Source: an uncultured Alphaproteobacteria bacterium (lineage in GTDB: Bacteria; Pseudomonadota; Alphaproteobacteria; Methylaequorales; Methylaequoraceae). Taken from it: 64,000 nucleotides of DNA. Shown here in pieces: positions 42,454 to 52,987 of this stretch. Under the pieces are notes generated by a model. That model saw only the letters and a program-made list of their open reading frames with translations, was not told where the DNA came from and did not search any database. The stretch's first letter is position 1, and each line of letters begins with the position of its first letter. The stretch lies in assembly GCA_964484795.1 (NCBI GenBank), contig CAZAFN010000002.1:8352-72351 (forward strand), written 5' to 3'. Position numbers and translations under genes: made by a program.

Positions 42454-42877
42454 AATTTGTTTTTTCTAAAAAATGTTTGCTCACCTTATAAGTAATCAAC
42501 CAGATTATAATTGCAATAGGAATACTACCAAGTAAGGTTGGATAGAAAAGCTTTTCAAAATTATTAATGAAAAAAAGTATCCGAAACTCATAATTTTCTA
42601 ATGGTTGAAAATAAGACAACACTCCGATTTTATATGCAAAATAAAAAAAGAACGGGAATGTCCATGGGTTTCCAATGATTGTTCCAACTGTTGCTGCAAT
42701 TAAATTACCCCTCATCAACCATGTTCCGGAATAACAAATTATCAAGTGAAGACCTAAGAGAGGAGTAAAGGAAACTGAGACTCCCCAAGCAAGGCCTATG
42801 GCAACAGCCTCTGGAAAATCTTTAATACTATATATCTTTTTTCTTTGTAATTTAAAAAATCTTAAAAACTTTTTCAT
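42425..42877 (-). CDS. DUF2062-family membrane protein
   Basis: About 150 aa, 3-4 TM segments; GNPWTFP motif; position between rsh and pdxJ typical for alphaproteobacteria. Confidence 0.45.
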   Translation of the reverse strand: MKKFLRFFKLQRKKIYSIKDFPEAVAIGLAWGVSVSFTPLLGLHLIICYSGTWLMRGNLIAATVGTIIGNPWTFPFFFYFAYKIGVLSYFQPLENYEFRILFFINNFEKLFYPTLLGSIPIAIIIWLITYKVSKHFLEKTNYERKNKTRD

Positions 42878-42909
42878 TAATTGATATTTAATTTTGGGCT
42901 AAAATCCAT

Positions 42910-45048
42910 TTACAATCTAGAGACATTATCTACAAAATCAGAAGTCCTTAAAGAGACAATCACTTTCCTTAAATGGTTAAGATCTTTAACATCTATTTCT
43001 AAATTTATTTTAAAGAAATCGCTATTTCGATCAGTTATTTTTAAATTCCTAATGTTACTCATTGATCTCCCCACTATCGATGACAAAACTCCTAAAGCCC
43101 CTATTTTGTTTTTTATGGTTACATTGATCTTGGCAACAAATGAAGATTTTTTTGGCACAAATCTCTCCCAAGTAACATTGATTATTTTGGATTTATTAAT
43201 CTCAATCTTTTTTAATTCCTCGCATGCATCAAGATGAACAATCAAACCTTTACCTTCCAAAATATAAGCCACAACTGAGTCACCTAATATAGGGTTGCAA
43301 CAATTTGCATAATGAATGCTCATCCCTGGAGTTAATCCTTTTAATAATAATGGAGAATTTGATTCTTTTCTTTTTTCCTTCACTTCATTTAATAAAACAA
43401 TTTTGTCATTTTGTTTTAATAGTTTTTGACCTGGAAACATTGAATATATAATCTTTGACGCAGAGATGCTTCCATCACCAATTTTCTTGAAAAGATCATT
43501 AATGTCTTTCAATTTAAACTTTTCCAACACACTCTTTATATTTCTCTCTGAATATCTTATCTTCTCATTTTTAAATTGATTAATTAAAATCTCTTTTCCT
43601 AATTTTCTAAAATCATCATCTTCTTTATTATGAAGAAATCTTTTTATGCATACTCTAGCTTTACCAGTTATTGACAAATCTAGCCACTCAGGGCAAATTA
43701 CATTTTCTTTTCCACAGATTATCTCAACCTGATCACCATTCTTCAGTTTGGTATATAAAGGCTTGACAGAATTATTTATTTTTACGCCATTGCAACTCGA
43801 ACCAATGTCTGTATGAACAGAGAAAGCAAAATCTAATGGCATAGCTCCCTTAGGCAATGATATTAAATCACCTTTTGGAGTGAATACAAAAACTTGGTCT
43901 GAATACATCTGTAACTTCGTATATTCAAGAAATTCTTCAGGTTCTCTAGATTGATCAAGAATATCTAAAATCTGTCTTATCCATTTATACTGTTTTCCCT
44001 CTTTTTGATTTATCTTGTCTTTGTAAAGCCAGTGTGCTGCAACCCCAAATTCTGCCAGATCATTCATTGCAAAAGATCTAATTTGTATCTCAATTCTTTG
44101 ATTAACTGGGCCAATTAGTGTTGTATGAATTGATTGATAACCATTGGGTTTAGGAGTTGAAATATAGTCTTTGAATCTGCCTGGAACATAGGAATATTTT
44201 CTGTGAAGAAGACCTAAAACCTTATAACATTCTTCAACATCATCAACCAAAATTGTAAAAGCCATAATATCTGATAACTGGGAAAAATTTACGGACTTTA
44301 CATTCATTTTTTTCCAGATTGAAAATGGTTTCTTTTCTCTTCCAAAAATCTTACCTTTAATCTTATTTTCAAGGAGTAAAACTCTAATTCTCTTTATTGT
44401 TTTTTCCAAAACATCTTCATCTTGCTGTCTCAGCATATTTAATCTCTGAATTATGGACTCTCTAATTTCTGGTTCTATTACCTTGAAACTTAGATCATCA
44501 AGTTCAGTTCTTATTTCTTGCATACCTAACCTTTCGGCTAAAGGTGCATAGATTTCTAAAGTCTCATAGGATATTCTATTTCTTTTTTCATTGTCTTTAA
44601 TGAAATCTATAGTTCTCATATTGTGCAATCTATCTGCAAGTTTAACCAATAAAACTCTAATGTCTTTGGAGGTGGCTAATAATAATTTCCTAAAATTTTC
44701 TGCCTGACTGAATTTATCTGATCGACCTTCAAGTTTTGACAATTTTGTAACTCCATCCACCAAGTAAGAAATTTCATTGCCAAAATTCTCTTTTATGTCT
44801 TTTAAAGTGCATTTTGTATCCTCCACGACATCATGCAGCAAAGCAGTAATTATAGTCATTGAATCAAACTTATGATCAGCAAGGATTCCTGCAACCTCTA
44901 GAGGATGCAAAAAAAATGGATCTCCAGAAGCTCTTTTTTGACTCCCATGAGCCTTCATTGAAAAAACGTAAGCTTTATTTAGAAGCTGCTCTTCAACACA
45001 GGAATCATAAGATTTTACTTTCTCAATTAATTCTACTTGTCTTAACAC
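42910..45048 (-). CDS. rsh: bifunctional (p)ppGpp synthetase/hydrolase (RelA/SpoT homolog)
   Basis: HD domain (HDVVEDT), synthetase domain, TGS and ACT regions; 712 aa. Confidence 0.9.
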   Translation of the reverse strand: MLRQVELIEKVKSYDSCVEEQLLNKAYVFSMKAHGSQKRASGDPFFLHPLEVAGILADHKFDSMTIITALLHDVVEDTKCTLKDIKENFGNEISYLVDGVTKLSKLEGRSDKFSQAENFRKLLLATSKDIRVLLVKLADRLHNMRTIDFIKDNEKRNRISYETLEIYAPLAERLGMQEIRTELDDLSFKVIEPEIRESIIQRLNMLRQQDEDVLEKTIKRIRVLLLENKIKGKIFGREKKPFSIWKKMNVKSVNFSQLSDIMAFTILVDDVEECYKVLGLLHRKYSYVPGRFKDYISTPKPNGYQSIHTTLIGPVNQRIEIQIRSFAMNDLAEFGVAAHWLYKDKINQKEGKQYKWIRQILDILDQSREPEEFLEYTKLQMYSDQVFVFTPKGDLISLPKGAMPLDFAFSVHTDIGSSCNGVKINNSVKPLYTKLKNGDQVEIICGKENVICPEWLDLSITGKARVCIKRFLHNKEDDDFRKLGKEILINQFKNEKIRYSERNIKSVLEKFKLKDINDLFKKIGDGSISASKIIYSMFPGQKLLKQNDKIVLLNEVKEKRKESNSPLLLKGLTPGMSIHYANCCNPILGDSVVAYILEGKGLIVHLDACEELKKIEINKSKIINVTWERFVPKKSSFVAKINVTIKNKIGALGVLSSIVGRSMSNIRNLKITDRNSDFFKINLEIDVKDLNHLRKVIVSLRTSDFVDNVSRL

Positions 45049-45106
45049 AAGAAAATTTTAAGACAAACTGAATCAATTTTAAATATGATTTTGTTTTTTT
45101 TTTTTT

Positions 45107-45622
45107 TTAGCTGATTTTTGAATCGGGTTTTTCATCCACTGAAGATTCTAAATTCCCAGTTTCTGTTGACTCATTCACACCTTCTTCTTGAGAATTAAAT
45201 TCCTCAGAATCATCGTCAGGTGAATTAGAGTCTTTCTTCTGGTCAATTAGCTTTTGAATTTCTGTCTGAGTTAGATAAATTTTCTTTCTCTTTTTTTCCG
45301 ATGCATTTTCTTTTTCAAAATTGTCAAAAGAAACTTGTGATGCATTTTCATTCATTGGCATAGCCTGATCATCATCAATATCTGTGTCCTCGACAGGTTG
45401 ATATTTTTGAGAAGTTTTAACTACAGAATCCCATATATCAACTAAATCTACTTTCTTCTCTGCTATTTCTCTTAAGGCAACTACTGTATTTTTATCATTA
45501 TCAATCGACACATTAGAATCACTGCCTGAAGTTAACTCTCGGGCTCTTCTGCAAGCATAGATCACCAGTTGAAATCTATTAGGAATTGATGTGACGCAAT
45601 CTTCAGTAGTAACTCTAGCCAT
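45107..45622 (-). CDS. rpoZ: RNA polymerase omega subunit with a long acidic C-terminal extension
   Basis: [10 protein letters not shown]…[15 protein letters not shown] omega core, then about 90 aa of Asp/Glu/Ser-rich tail. Confidence 0.8.
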   Translation of the reverse strand: MARVTTEDCVTSIPNRFQLVIYACRRARELTSGSDSNVSIDNDKNTVVALREIAEKKVDLVDIWDSVVKTSQKYQPVEDTDIDDDQAMPMNENASQVSFDNFEKENASEKKRKKIYLTQTEIQKLIDQKKDSNSPDDDSEEFNSQEEGVNESTETGNLESSVDEKPDSKIS

Positions 45623-45653
45623 TATATTAATTTATAAAGAATTAATTATTTTT

Positions 45654-46178
45654 TTAGTCATTTATATAAAAAATCTTTTGTTTTGCAAGAGATTTCAACA
45701 AACTTTTTGCTTTTTTTTTTATTACTGGGTGTACCCATTCTGGATCCAAATCACAAATTGGTTGCATAACAAATCTCCTAAGATGCATTCTTGGATGAGG
45801 TAGAATTAGGTCATTATCATTTAAAATCGTATCATTGTAGGACAACAAATCTAAATCAATTATCCTAGGCTCATTTTTAAATTTTCTTATTCTCCCAAAC
45901 TTAATCTCAAGATGCAGCATCTTGCTAAGAATTTCTAAAGGTTTTAGATCTGTTTTAATACATATAACACAATTTACGTACCAAGGTTGATCAGACTTTG
46001 GCATTGGTTCTGTTTCATAAAATTTAGAAACACTAGAAACAAGAAAATATTTTTCTAAAAATTTTATAACCTCTATACAGTTATTATATGGCGAACCATA
46101 TAAGTCAGAATTCAAGTTGGATCCAATAGCTACTAAAATCATGTTTTTTTTGCAAGTCTTTCTTTTTCTCTTTTCCAA
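45654..46178 (-). CDS. folK: 2-amino-4-hydroxy-6-hydroxymethyldihydropteridine pyrophosphokinase
   Basis: HPPK pattern (ILVAIGSNL…; GRIR.F.N.PRIIDLDLL). Confidence 0.8.
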   Translation of the reverse strand: MEKRKRKTCKKNMILVAIGSNLNSDLYGSPYNNCIEVIKFLEKYFLVSSVSKFYETEPMPKSDQPWYVNCVICIKTDLKPLEILSKMLHLEIKFGRIRKFKNEPRIIDLDLLSYNDTILNDNDLILPHPRMHLRRFVMQPICDLDPEWVHPVIKKKAKSLLKSLAKQKIFYIND

Positions 46179-46603
46179 TCTTGTTGTTTCTTATATTCTC
46201 TTAAATCAGATTTTTTTCTTCCTTTTGAAACACCTAATTCAATTTTCGCAAAACCTTGACCATTAAAATGAATATTTATTGGAATCAAGGTAAAGCCGTT
46301 ATTTTTTGCCTTCAAAGAAATTTTTTTTATTTCTTTTTTTTTTAAAAGTAATTTTTTAGGTCTAGTATTATCTATGTCTTGTGGATTATTTTTGTAATTT
46401 TTCAAATCTATATAAAGATTGAAAATCCAAATCTCACCATCTTTTTCTCTTGCATATGCATTATCTAATGCAACCCCACCCTCTCTTATGGACTTTATCT
46501 CATGCCCATTTAAAACAATTCCAGCTTCAACCTTTTCAACAATCTCAAAATTATATCTAGCCTTTCTGTTTTCAATAATTTTAGTTCTTGTTTTTTTCAC
46601 CAA
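46139..46603 (-). CDS. smpB: SsrA-binding protein
   Basis: SmpB pattern (NRKARYNFEI…GHEIKSIR…), basic C-terminal tail. Confidence 0.9.
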   Translation of the reverse strand: MVKKTRTKIIENRKARYNFEIVEKVEAGIVLNGHEIKSIREGGVALDNAYAREKDGEIWIFNLYIDLKNYKNNPQDIDNTRPKKLLLKKKEIKKISLKAKNNGFTLIPINIHFNGQGFAKIELGVSKGRKKSDLREYKKQQDWKREKERLAKKT

Positions 46604-46604
46604 A

Positions 46605-47489
46605 CTATTTACAAAGTTTTAATTCTTCTAAAACTTTTTCTATCTTTTTTGCAGTTTCTTTAGATACAGAAACCATAGGAAGTCTCATTATATTTTTACA
46701 CCTCTTCAATTTACTTAGCGCATATTTTACAGGTGAAGGACTGGTTTCAATAAAAAGCACTTTGTTTAGGGGGAAAATCATATGATTTAAATTCATGGCT
46801 TCATCAATATTTCTATTTTGCCAAAACTTGAAAATATTGGAACAAATCCTAGGAATGACATTAGCCGTCACTGAAATACAACCAATTCCACCACTAATTA
46901 AAAAAGATAGAAACGTAGAGTCTTCTCCAGACAACTGAAAAAAATTCTTTCCACATTGTTCATAAACTTCTAATGGAGTATTAAGATCACCTGTAGCATC
47001 TTTAACTCCAACAATGTTATTGATTCTAGACAACCTTTTAATTGTATTAGAATTAATTTCAACGACCGATCTTCCAGGAATATTATACAAATAAATAGGT
47101 AAATTATTGGAACATTCAGCAATCTTCTCAAAATGTTTATACAGACCCTCTTGGGTTGGTTTGTTATAATATGGAGAAACTAATAGTGAAGCATTTGCTC
47201 CCACTTTTTTTGCATGTTCAACCAATTCGATTGATTCTTTTGTAGAATTTGATCCACATCCAGCCATAACAGGAACTCTAGAGTTTGCCCTTTTGATAAT
47301 AAATTCAGTTACTTTTTTGTGCTCATCATGATCTAATGTTGGTGATTCACCAGTAGTACCACAAGATACCAATCCATGGGAACCTTCAGCAATCAAAAAG
47401 TCTATATGATTACCTAAACAGTCGAAATCAATCTGAAAGTTTTTTTCAAAAGGCGTTATTACCGCCGGTATAGAACCTTTAAAGATCAT
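46605..47489 (-). CDS. dapA: 4-hydroxy-tetrahydrodipicolinate synthase
   Basis: DapA pattern (GSIPAVITPF…, CGTTGESPTL, Schiff-base Lys context). Confidence 0.9.
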   Translation of the reverse strand: MIFKGSIPAVITPFEKNFQIDFDCLGNHIDFLIAEGSHGLVSCGTTGESPTLDHDEHKKVTEFIIKRANSRVPVMAGCGSNSTKESIELVEHAKKVGANASLLVSPYYNKPTQEGLYKHFEKIAECSNNLPIYLYNIPGRSVVEINSNTIKRLSRINNIVGVKDATGDLNTPLEVYEQCGKNFFQLSGEDSTFLSFLISGGIGCISVTANVIPRICSNIFKFWQNRNIDEAMNLNHMIFPLNKVLFIETSPSPVKYALSKLKRCKNIMRLPMVSVSKETAKKIEKVLEELKLCK

Positions 47490-47567
47490 TTTTTAAATTA
47501 ACATTTTTATATATAATTAAATAATATTGTTGCCTTCTCATCCTTAGGAAATAATATATATGGTTTT

Positions 47568-49553
47568 ATGATAGCAAATTTATTTAGGATCAAGTTTTTT
47601 TTTTTACTTTGCTTTTTTGCCCCTTTGTCTCCAAATTCATTGGAATATCCCAGGCCCATAGCAAAACCAGAAATCAAGACAAGCGCATATAAGGATGTTT
47701 TTGATCAAATAAAAAAACAAAATTGGTCAATGGCTTTAGCTGTAGCAAGTGACTATCAAAATAGTACTTTAACTTCTTATATAAAGTGGTTAGACATTAC
47801 TCGACCTGGAAGCAACCATAAATTCGACTTTCTTGTGGATTTTTATCAAAACCATAAACACTGGCCAGAAAAAGAAAAAATCATCGAAAAGATAGAATCT
47901 TCTATCAATAAAAGTATTAATCCATTAGAAATAATTAATTGGTTTAAAGACAATCCACCAATGTCGAGTAAGGGAGAAATTGATTTTTTAGAGTCCAAGT
48001 TGAAGATTGGGGATAGTTCTCAAAAAACAAAGACAATAAAGGAAATCTGGGTTAATAAAAATCTAACTTTTAAACAACAAAAATATTTTACTAGAAAATA
48101 CAGCAAATATTGGTCACAAGAAGATAATTGGAATAGGTTTGAACGATTAATCTATGAAGGGAAAAACATCTCTGCAAGAAGAACTCTTAACAGAATTTAT
48201 GGTGATCTTAGAAAATTAGGAGAAGCAAGGCTAGGGCTTAGTCAAAGAAGCCCTAACGTATCTGAATTGATAAATAGAGTTCCTAATCATCTAAAAAATG
48301 ACGCAGGTTTAATTTATGAAAGAATGAGGTGGAGAAGAAAAGCAAAACTCGATACTGCAGTTGAACTTTTAGAATCACCTCCAAATGAAATCCAGAATGT
48401 CAGAAACTGGTGGATTAATTCTAGAATTGTAATAAGAAGACTTTTAAATGAAAAAAAATATTCAAAAGCATATAGAGTTTTAAAAAAGCATAATTTACCT
48501 TTAAGAGAATCATCTGGATTGGAAGCAGAATGGCTAGCAGGTTGGGTGGCATTATGTCACTTAAAAAAACCTACTATGAGCATAGTCCACTTTAAAAATG
48601 TTTTTGAAAATAGTAGTGATCAAAACATCAAATCCAAAGCTGCATATTGGTTGGCATTGGCATATGAAAAAAATGATCAAAATGAAAAATTAATTAGAAA
48701 ATGGCTATTAGAGTCTGCTAAAAATAAATTTACATTTTATGGACAGAATGCAGCCATAAGAATTGGTAGTTTCAATTTTGATGAAAATAATTCTGCTTTA
48801 AAAAAACCTTTTGGGTTTGATGATCTGTTTGAAGTAATAAAAATCATAAAAATGTCTAATCAGAATTTAGACAAAACTTTTCCTTTTTTTTCACAATTGA
48901 TAGATTTATCAAAATCGATTGATGAGAAACAATTTGTCTTAAACATTGCCAATAATGTAAACAGCCACCACCTAACATTAAGGTTGTCCAGAAAACTAGA
49001 AGTCCCATCTCTAAAGTATTCCTACCCACTAATTGAAGATTATATTCCTGAACAATTTAAAAACTCGTCAGCAACTTTAGCTTTGATTCATGCCATCACA
49101 CACCAAGAGAGTAATTTTAAAATTAATGCCTATAGCTCAGCTGGAGCCAGGGGGTTAATGCAATTAATGCCTTATACAGCAAAGAGGGTGGCAAGAGATT
49201 TGCGAATTAGATACTACAAGTCCGCATTAACTAAAAACCCGCAATATAATGTTACACTCGGTACTACCTATATTAATAAAATGCTAATAAAATTTGACCA
49301 ATCTTTACCTCTTGCTCTTGCGGCATATAATGCAGGACCAAATAGAGTGAAAATTTGGTTGAAAAGATATGGTGACCCAAGAAGTGATCAAATAGATTAT
49401 TTAGATTGGATTGAGTCAATTCCTATTTCAGAAACAAGATTTTATGTAAAAAAAGTACTATCAAACCTCAGAATATATCAAAAAAAATACGGACTAAAGC
49501 TTTATGAGGTTAAAAACATTAGATTTGGCAATAAATTTGCAATGCCATATTGA
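47568..49553 (+). CDS. soluble lytic murein transglycosylase (Slt-family)
   Basis: Signal peptide, long superhelical region, C-terminal SLT domain (ESNFKINAYSSAGARGLMQLMPYTA). Confidence 0.8.
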   Translation: MIANLFRIKFFFLLCFFAPLSPNSLEYPRPIAKPEIKTSAYKDVFDQIKKQNWSMALAVASDYQNSTLTSYIKWLDITRPGSNHKFDFLVDFYQNHKHWPEKEKIIEKIESSINKSINPLEIINWFKDNPPMSSKGEIDFLESKLKIGDSSQKTKTIKEIWVNKNLTFKQQKYFTRKYSKYWSQEDNWNRFERLIYEGKNISARRTLNRIYGDLRKLGEARLGLSQRSPNVSELINRVPNHLKNDAGLIYERMRWRRKAKLDTAVELLESPPNEIQNVRNWWINSRIVIRRLLNEKKYSKAYRVLKKHNLPLRESSGLEAEWLAGWVALCHLKKPTMSIVHFKNVFENSSDQNIKSKAAYWLALAYEKNDQNEKLIRKWLLESAKNKFTFYGQNAAIRIGSFNFDENNSALKKPFGFDDLFEVIKIIKMSNQNLDKTFPFFSQLIDLSKSIDEKQFVLNIANNVNSHHLTLRLSRKLEVPSLKYSYPLIEDYIPEQFKNSSATLALIHAITHQESNFKINAYSSAGARGLMQLMPYTAKRVARDLRIRYYKSALTKNPQYNVTLGTTYINKMLIKFDQSLPLALAAYNAGPNRVKIWLKRYGDPRSDQIDYLDWIESIPISETRFYVKKVLSNLRIYQKKYGLKLYEVKNIRFGNKFAMPY

Positions 49554-49642
49554 CATAATGACATTTTGACATTATTATGTAAAATGAGCACTGCCTTTTT
49601 GGGGTGCTAATATTAATCTTGCTTAAACTTAAGGAGATAAAA

Positions 49643-50083
49643 ATGCAAAATAATATTACAACTATAGATAAAAATAAATTTATCCCATATTCTGTCGGAT
49701 TTGATGATTTGTTTGATAGATTATTTGATCTTGACATTAATTCTTCGGGTTATCCTCCCTACAACATTAACAAAATAGACGAAAATAATTATCTAATTGA
49801 GATGGCCCTTGCTGGTTTCAGTAAAGGTGATGTTGAAATTGAAATGGCTGATAATGAATTAACTGTAAAGTCAAATAAAACTGACGATCTCGAAAAAAAC
49901 AAGACAAATGTCAATTCTACACTGATTCATCAAGGCATATCTAATAGATCATTCATCAGGAAGTTCACACTTTCTGAAGAAATACAAGTTAAAGATGCTG
50001 AGATGAAAAATGGGATGTTATACATTAGCTTAAAAAAAATAATTCCCGACCACAAAAAACCTAAATTAATCTCAATCAAGTAA
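49643..50083 (+). CDS. small heat-shock protein (Hsp20/IbpA family)
   Basis: Alpha-crystallin domain (YNINKIDENNYLIEMALAGFSKGDVEIEM…LTV). Start chosen at MQNNITT… with an AAGGAG RBS; the track ORF starts 39 nt earlier. Confidence 0.85.
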   Translation: MQNNITTIDKNKFIPYSVGFDDLFDRLFDLDINSSGYPPYNINKIDENNYLIEMALAGFSKGDVEIEMADNELTVKSNKTDDLEKNKTNVNSTLIHQGISNRSFIRKFTLSEEIQVKDAEMKNGMLYISLKKIIPDHKKPKLISIK

Positions 50084-50096
50084 TTACAAGGATGCA

Positions 50097-50133
50097 GGGG
50101 CTAGTAAAAATTACATTCTAGCCCCGCCCTTTC
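50097..50133 (+). terminator. putative rho-independent terminator after hsp20
   Basis: Perfect 8-bp GC-rich stem GGGGCTAG/CTAGCCCC with a 13-nt loop, followed by GCCCTTTC; unusually GC-rich for this genome. Confidence 0.45.
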
Positions 50134-50219
50134 AAAAATATCATTTGATTATTTATAATTGACTTATAAATAAAATATATTAATAATAGTTATCATTTTC
50201 ATTTTTAAGGAATTTTTTT

Positions 50220-50813
50220 ATGACTCCTGGTTTGGTTGGTTCGACAATAGTTTGGTTTAGAGAAGGCTTTGAAATTTGGTTGATTCTTCAAATGGCTTGG
50301 TTGATGGTACAAAATCAAAAACAAAAAATCGTACTATTTTCTTCAACTGCAATTGGAGTTTTGGTTGCCTTAACTCTTGGTGCATTTGCAAAAGATTTTG
50401 TGGAACAAGATTTTGAATTTGTTGAAGCCATTACCGCCATCTTCGCTTCATTTTTATTATTTTGGACAGCATGGTATTGCCATAGTGCTCAAAAAAATGT
50501 TGAAATCATAAAAGACAACTTAAAAAATAATGGCTCAATTCTAGCACTTGCCATAGTGGTTTTTTTAACTGTCATTCGCGAAGGAGCTGAAATTGTAGTA
50601 TTTCTGAGTGGACTTTATGTTGCAGGAAGCACATTTCTTGACATAGGTTTAGGTGCTTTTGCAGGTCTAGGTTTGCTTTTGGTCGTAGCAATATATGCAG
50701 CCAAAAAATTAAGAAAAATTCCTGTCGCTAAAATCTTTGGCTCTTCAAAATGGCTATTCACTAGTTTAGCAATTTACTTTCTTTATTATGGCATTCATGA
50801 ACTGATGGAATGA
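50220..50813 (+). CDS. FTR1-like iron-permease-family membrane protein (short form, putative)
   Basis: Two REGxE motifs in predicted TM helices (FREGFEIW; IREGAEIVV), matching the paired RExxE motifs of FTR1/EfeU; only 197 aa. Confidence 0.4.
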   Translation: MTPGLVGSTIVWFREGFEIWLILQMAWLMVQNQKQKIVLFSSTAIGVLVALTLGAFAKDFVEQDFEFVEAITAIFASFLLFWTAWYCHSAQKNVEIIKDNLKNNGSILALAIVVFLTVIREGAEIVVFLSGLYVAGSTFLDIGLGAFAGLGLLLVVAIYAAKKLRKIPVAKIFGSSKWLFTSLAIYFLYYGIHELME

Positions 50814-50814
50814 T

Positions 50815-51024
50815 ATGAATGAAGAAAAACTTAATATGTCTTTACGCAAATTTCTAAAGAACGTAGGCATTAATTCTCAAAGACTAATAGAAGACAAGGT
50901 TAGAGAAGCAGTGAAATCAGGACAAATAAATGATAGTCAAAAGATCAAAATCACCGCAAAAATACACTCAGACTCTATTCAATTGTCAGAAGAAATTTCT
51001 GGCGAGTTGGATCTTGAAATATAA
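50815..51024 (+). CDS. hypothetical small protein (69 aa)
   Basis: ORF tightly coupled to the flanking genes (2-nt gaps). Confidence 0.25.
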   Translation: MNEEKLNMSLRKFLKNVGINSQRLIEDKVREAVKSGQINDSQKIKITAKIHSDSIQLSEEISGELDLEI

Positions 51025-51026
51025 AA

Positions 51027-51254
51027 TTGGCTAAAAATCAAAACAATAATTCTAGAAACCAGCTTGAATTATGCATAAGTAAAAACAAAGATATTAATAA
51101 TGAAATAATATGTCAACAAGATTTCCTTCACAAACAAGCACTTGATAATCCTCTAGAATTTATAATATTTTATGTTTTTACTGTAATCTTCATTGCATTT
51201 CTATTCCAGTTTTCACGAAAAGGAAAAGATAAAAGAAAACTTCCTAAACAATGA
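51027..51254 (+). CDS. hypothetical tail-anchored small membrane protein (75 aa)
   Basis: C-terminal TM helix (FIIFYVFTVIFIAFLF) followed by a basic tail. Confidence 0.25.
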   Translation: MAKNQNNNSRNQLELCISKNKDINNEIICQQDFLHKQALDNPLEFIIFYVFTVIFIAFLFQFSRKGKDKRKLPKQ

Positions 51255-51311
51255 TTTAGAAAAATCACAAAATTGTTTTTTTAAATTTTATTCTCTTTTA
51301 AACGAAATTAA

Positions 51312-52007
51312 CTACAACAAGTTTCCATCTAGAAAACTTCTTATAATTTTATTTTTTGAAGTTAAAAAATCTTGTTTCAATGATTGTTCAATAATTCTTC
51401 CATTCTGCAGAAAAATCACCTCATCGGCTAATCGTTTAGCTTGAAACAAATCATGAGTTACCATTATGATTTTCTTTTTCCTTTTTTCTTGAAACAAAAA
51501 AAATTCAATTTTTTTTACAAATTCATTATCTAGGTTTGCACAGGGTTCATCTAAAATCAACAAATCTGGTTCTACGCATAAAGATCTAATGAAAGATAAA
51601 AACTGTTTGTTTCCAGCCGATAATTTCCTAGCAGATAATTTTTTTTTTTCAAAAAAATCAAAATGTTGTAGTAAAAAATTTATTCGATTATCCACAAAAT
51701 CTTGATCAAATCCAGAAATCTTCATTGGATACGCTAAATTGTCATATACACTCCTTCTAAGAAAAACAACATTCTGTGAAACATAGCCAACTTTTATTTT
51801 TTGATTGTTTAATATTACATTTCCACTGGTTGGTTTTACCAAGCCTTTAAGAATTTTTGTTAATAAAGTTTTGCCTGAACCATTAGGGCCTAATATGACA
51901 GTAATGCCTGAATCAGAAAATTGTAGTGACAAATTATTGAAAAATTTTCTTTGATTAATTGAAAAACAGATTCTTTCCAATGAAATATTAAAACCATAGT
52001 CAATCAT
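51312..52007 (-). CDS. ABC transporter ATP-binding protein (molybdate/tungstate-type, no fused TOBE)
   Basis: Walker A GPNGSGKT, signature LSAGNKQ, Walker B LLILDEP. Confidence 0.75.
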   Translation of the reverse strand: MIDYGFNISLERICFSINQRKFFNNLSLQFSDSGITVILGPNGSGKTLLTKILKGLVKPTSGNVILNNQKIKVGYVSQNVVFLRRSVYDNLAYPMKISGFDQDFVDNRINFLLQHFDFFEKKKLSARKLSAGNKQFLSFIRSLCVEPDLLILDEPCANLDNEFVKKIEFFLFQEKRKKKIIMVTHDLFQAKRLADEVIFLQNGRIIEQSLKQDFLTSKNKIIRSFLDGNLL

Positions 52008-52695
52008 AAGAAAACTTCTTAGCCATTAATTTTACAATCATTACAAGTGAATTTAATATAATTGCTATGAAGATAAGAATTATCCCTAGTGACATTGCTA
52101 AAGTTAAGTTTCCCCTTGAAGTTTCCAAAGCAATTGTTGTTGTCATCACTCGTGTAAAATGAATTATGTTGCCTCCAACTATTATTATGGCACCAACCTC
52201 TGATAAAGCTCTTCCCAAACCAGTAAGTATGCATGTAAACATTAGAAATCTAGCATCCCACAAAATGGTTTTAATTTTATCTAACAGACTAGCATTTACT
52301 ACAAGCATTAATTCCTCATATTCATTAGATATTTGCTCTAATGTCTCAGTAGTTACTGATATTATAATAGGCAAAATTATGATTATCTGTGCCAAAACCA
52401 TTATTTTGGGTGTATATAAAATCTCAAAGAAACCTAAAGGTCCACTATTTGAAAACAAAATATACAGCACCAATCCTACGAACACTGGTGGAAGGGCCAT
52501 CATAGAATTGAAAAAGACCACTAGAAATTTTTTTCCGAAAAAGTTAATCGTTGCTAAGAATGCACTAACAGGTAAACCAATTGTCGTAGAAATCAACAGT
52601 GCAAGAAACGAGACCTTTAGAGACAAAAAAATTATTTCGTATAAATCGGGATCAAATGAATATATTAGTTCAAATGATTTAAAAAAAACTTCCAC
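52000..52695 (-). CDS. ABC transporter permease, ModB-like
   Basis: MALPPVFVGLVLYIL resembles the ModB LPLVLPPTVVGF segment; EAA-like loop; 5-6 TM segments. Confidence 0.65.
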   Translation of the reverse strand: MEVFFKSFELIYSFDPDLYEIIFLSLKVSFLALLISTTIGLPVSAFLATINFFGKKFLVVFFNSMMALPPVFVGLVLYILFSNSGPLGFFEILYTPKIMVLAQIIIILPIIISVTTETLEQISNEYEELMLVVNASLLDKIKTILWDARFLMFTCILTGLGRALSEVGAIIIVGGNIIHFTRVMTTTIALETSRGNLTLAMSLGIILIFIAIILNSLVMIVKLMAKKFSYD

Positions 52696-52727
52696 AAGTA
52701 TGAATTATTTAGTTTTGCTTAACAAAA

Positions 52728-52955
52728 TCAATGTTTAGCTAGTATAACAGTCGCTGCAGGAAAAATACACGTAACGTGATTACCTTTTGACAATTCCATT
52801 TTCTTACAAATATCCACTGGTATTGCAGCATGAATGAAACTGCCTGTTACAACTCCATCAGCATCTGTTTGTTCAACAGCAATTTGTGAATAACTAGATC
52901 CGTGAATTATAGATGTTACTATGCCTCTTATTTGATTTTTTGCACTTATTTGCAT
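52728..52955 (-). CDS. Mop/TOBE-domain molybdopterin-binding protein
   Basis: MQISAKNQIRGIVTSI… Mop pattern; 75 aa. Confidence 0.7.
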   Translation of the reverse strand: MQISAKNQIRGIVTSIIHGSSYSQIAVEQTDADGVVTGSFIHAAIPVDICKKMELSKGNHVTCIFPAATVILAKH

Positions 52956-52987
52956 TTTTTTTACCTTTCTTGATATAAACTAATAAT

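Noticed and set aside
45094-45108. T15 homopolymer between rsh and rpoZ as an intrinsic terminator.
   Set aside because: Both flanking genes are on the minus strand, where this is an A-tract with no preceding hairpin, so it is not a terminator. It is noted only as a possible slippage-prone tract next to the rpoZ stop.
49554-49642. Possible RpoH-type heat-shock promoter or ROSE-like thermosensor upstream of hsp20 (tandem TGACATT motifs, GGGGTGCTAATATT).
   Set aside because: The matches to the CTTG-N17-CYTATNT or ROSE consensus are too weak to call by eye; folding and PWM analysis would be needed.
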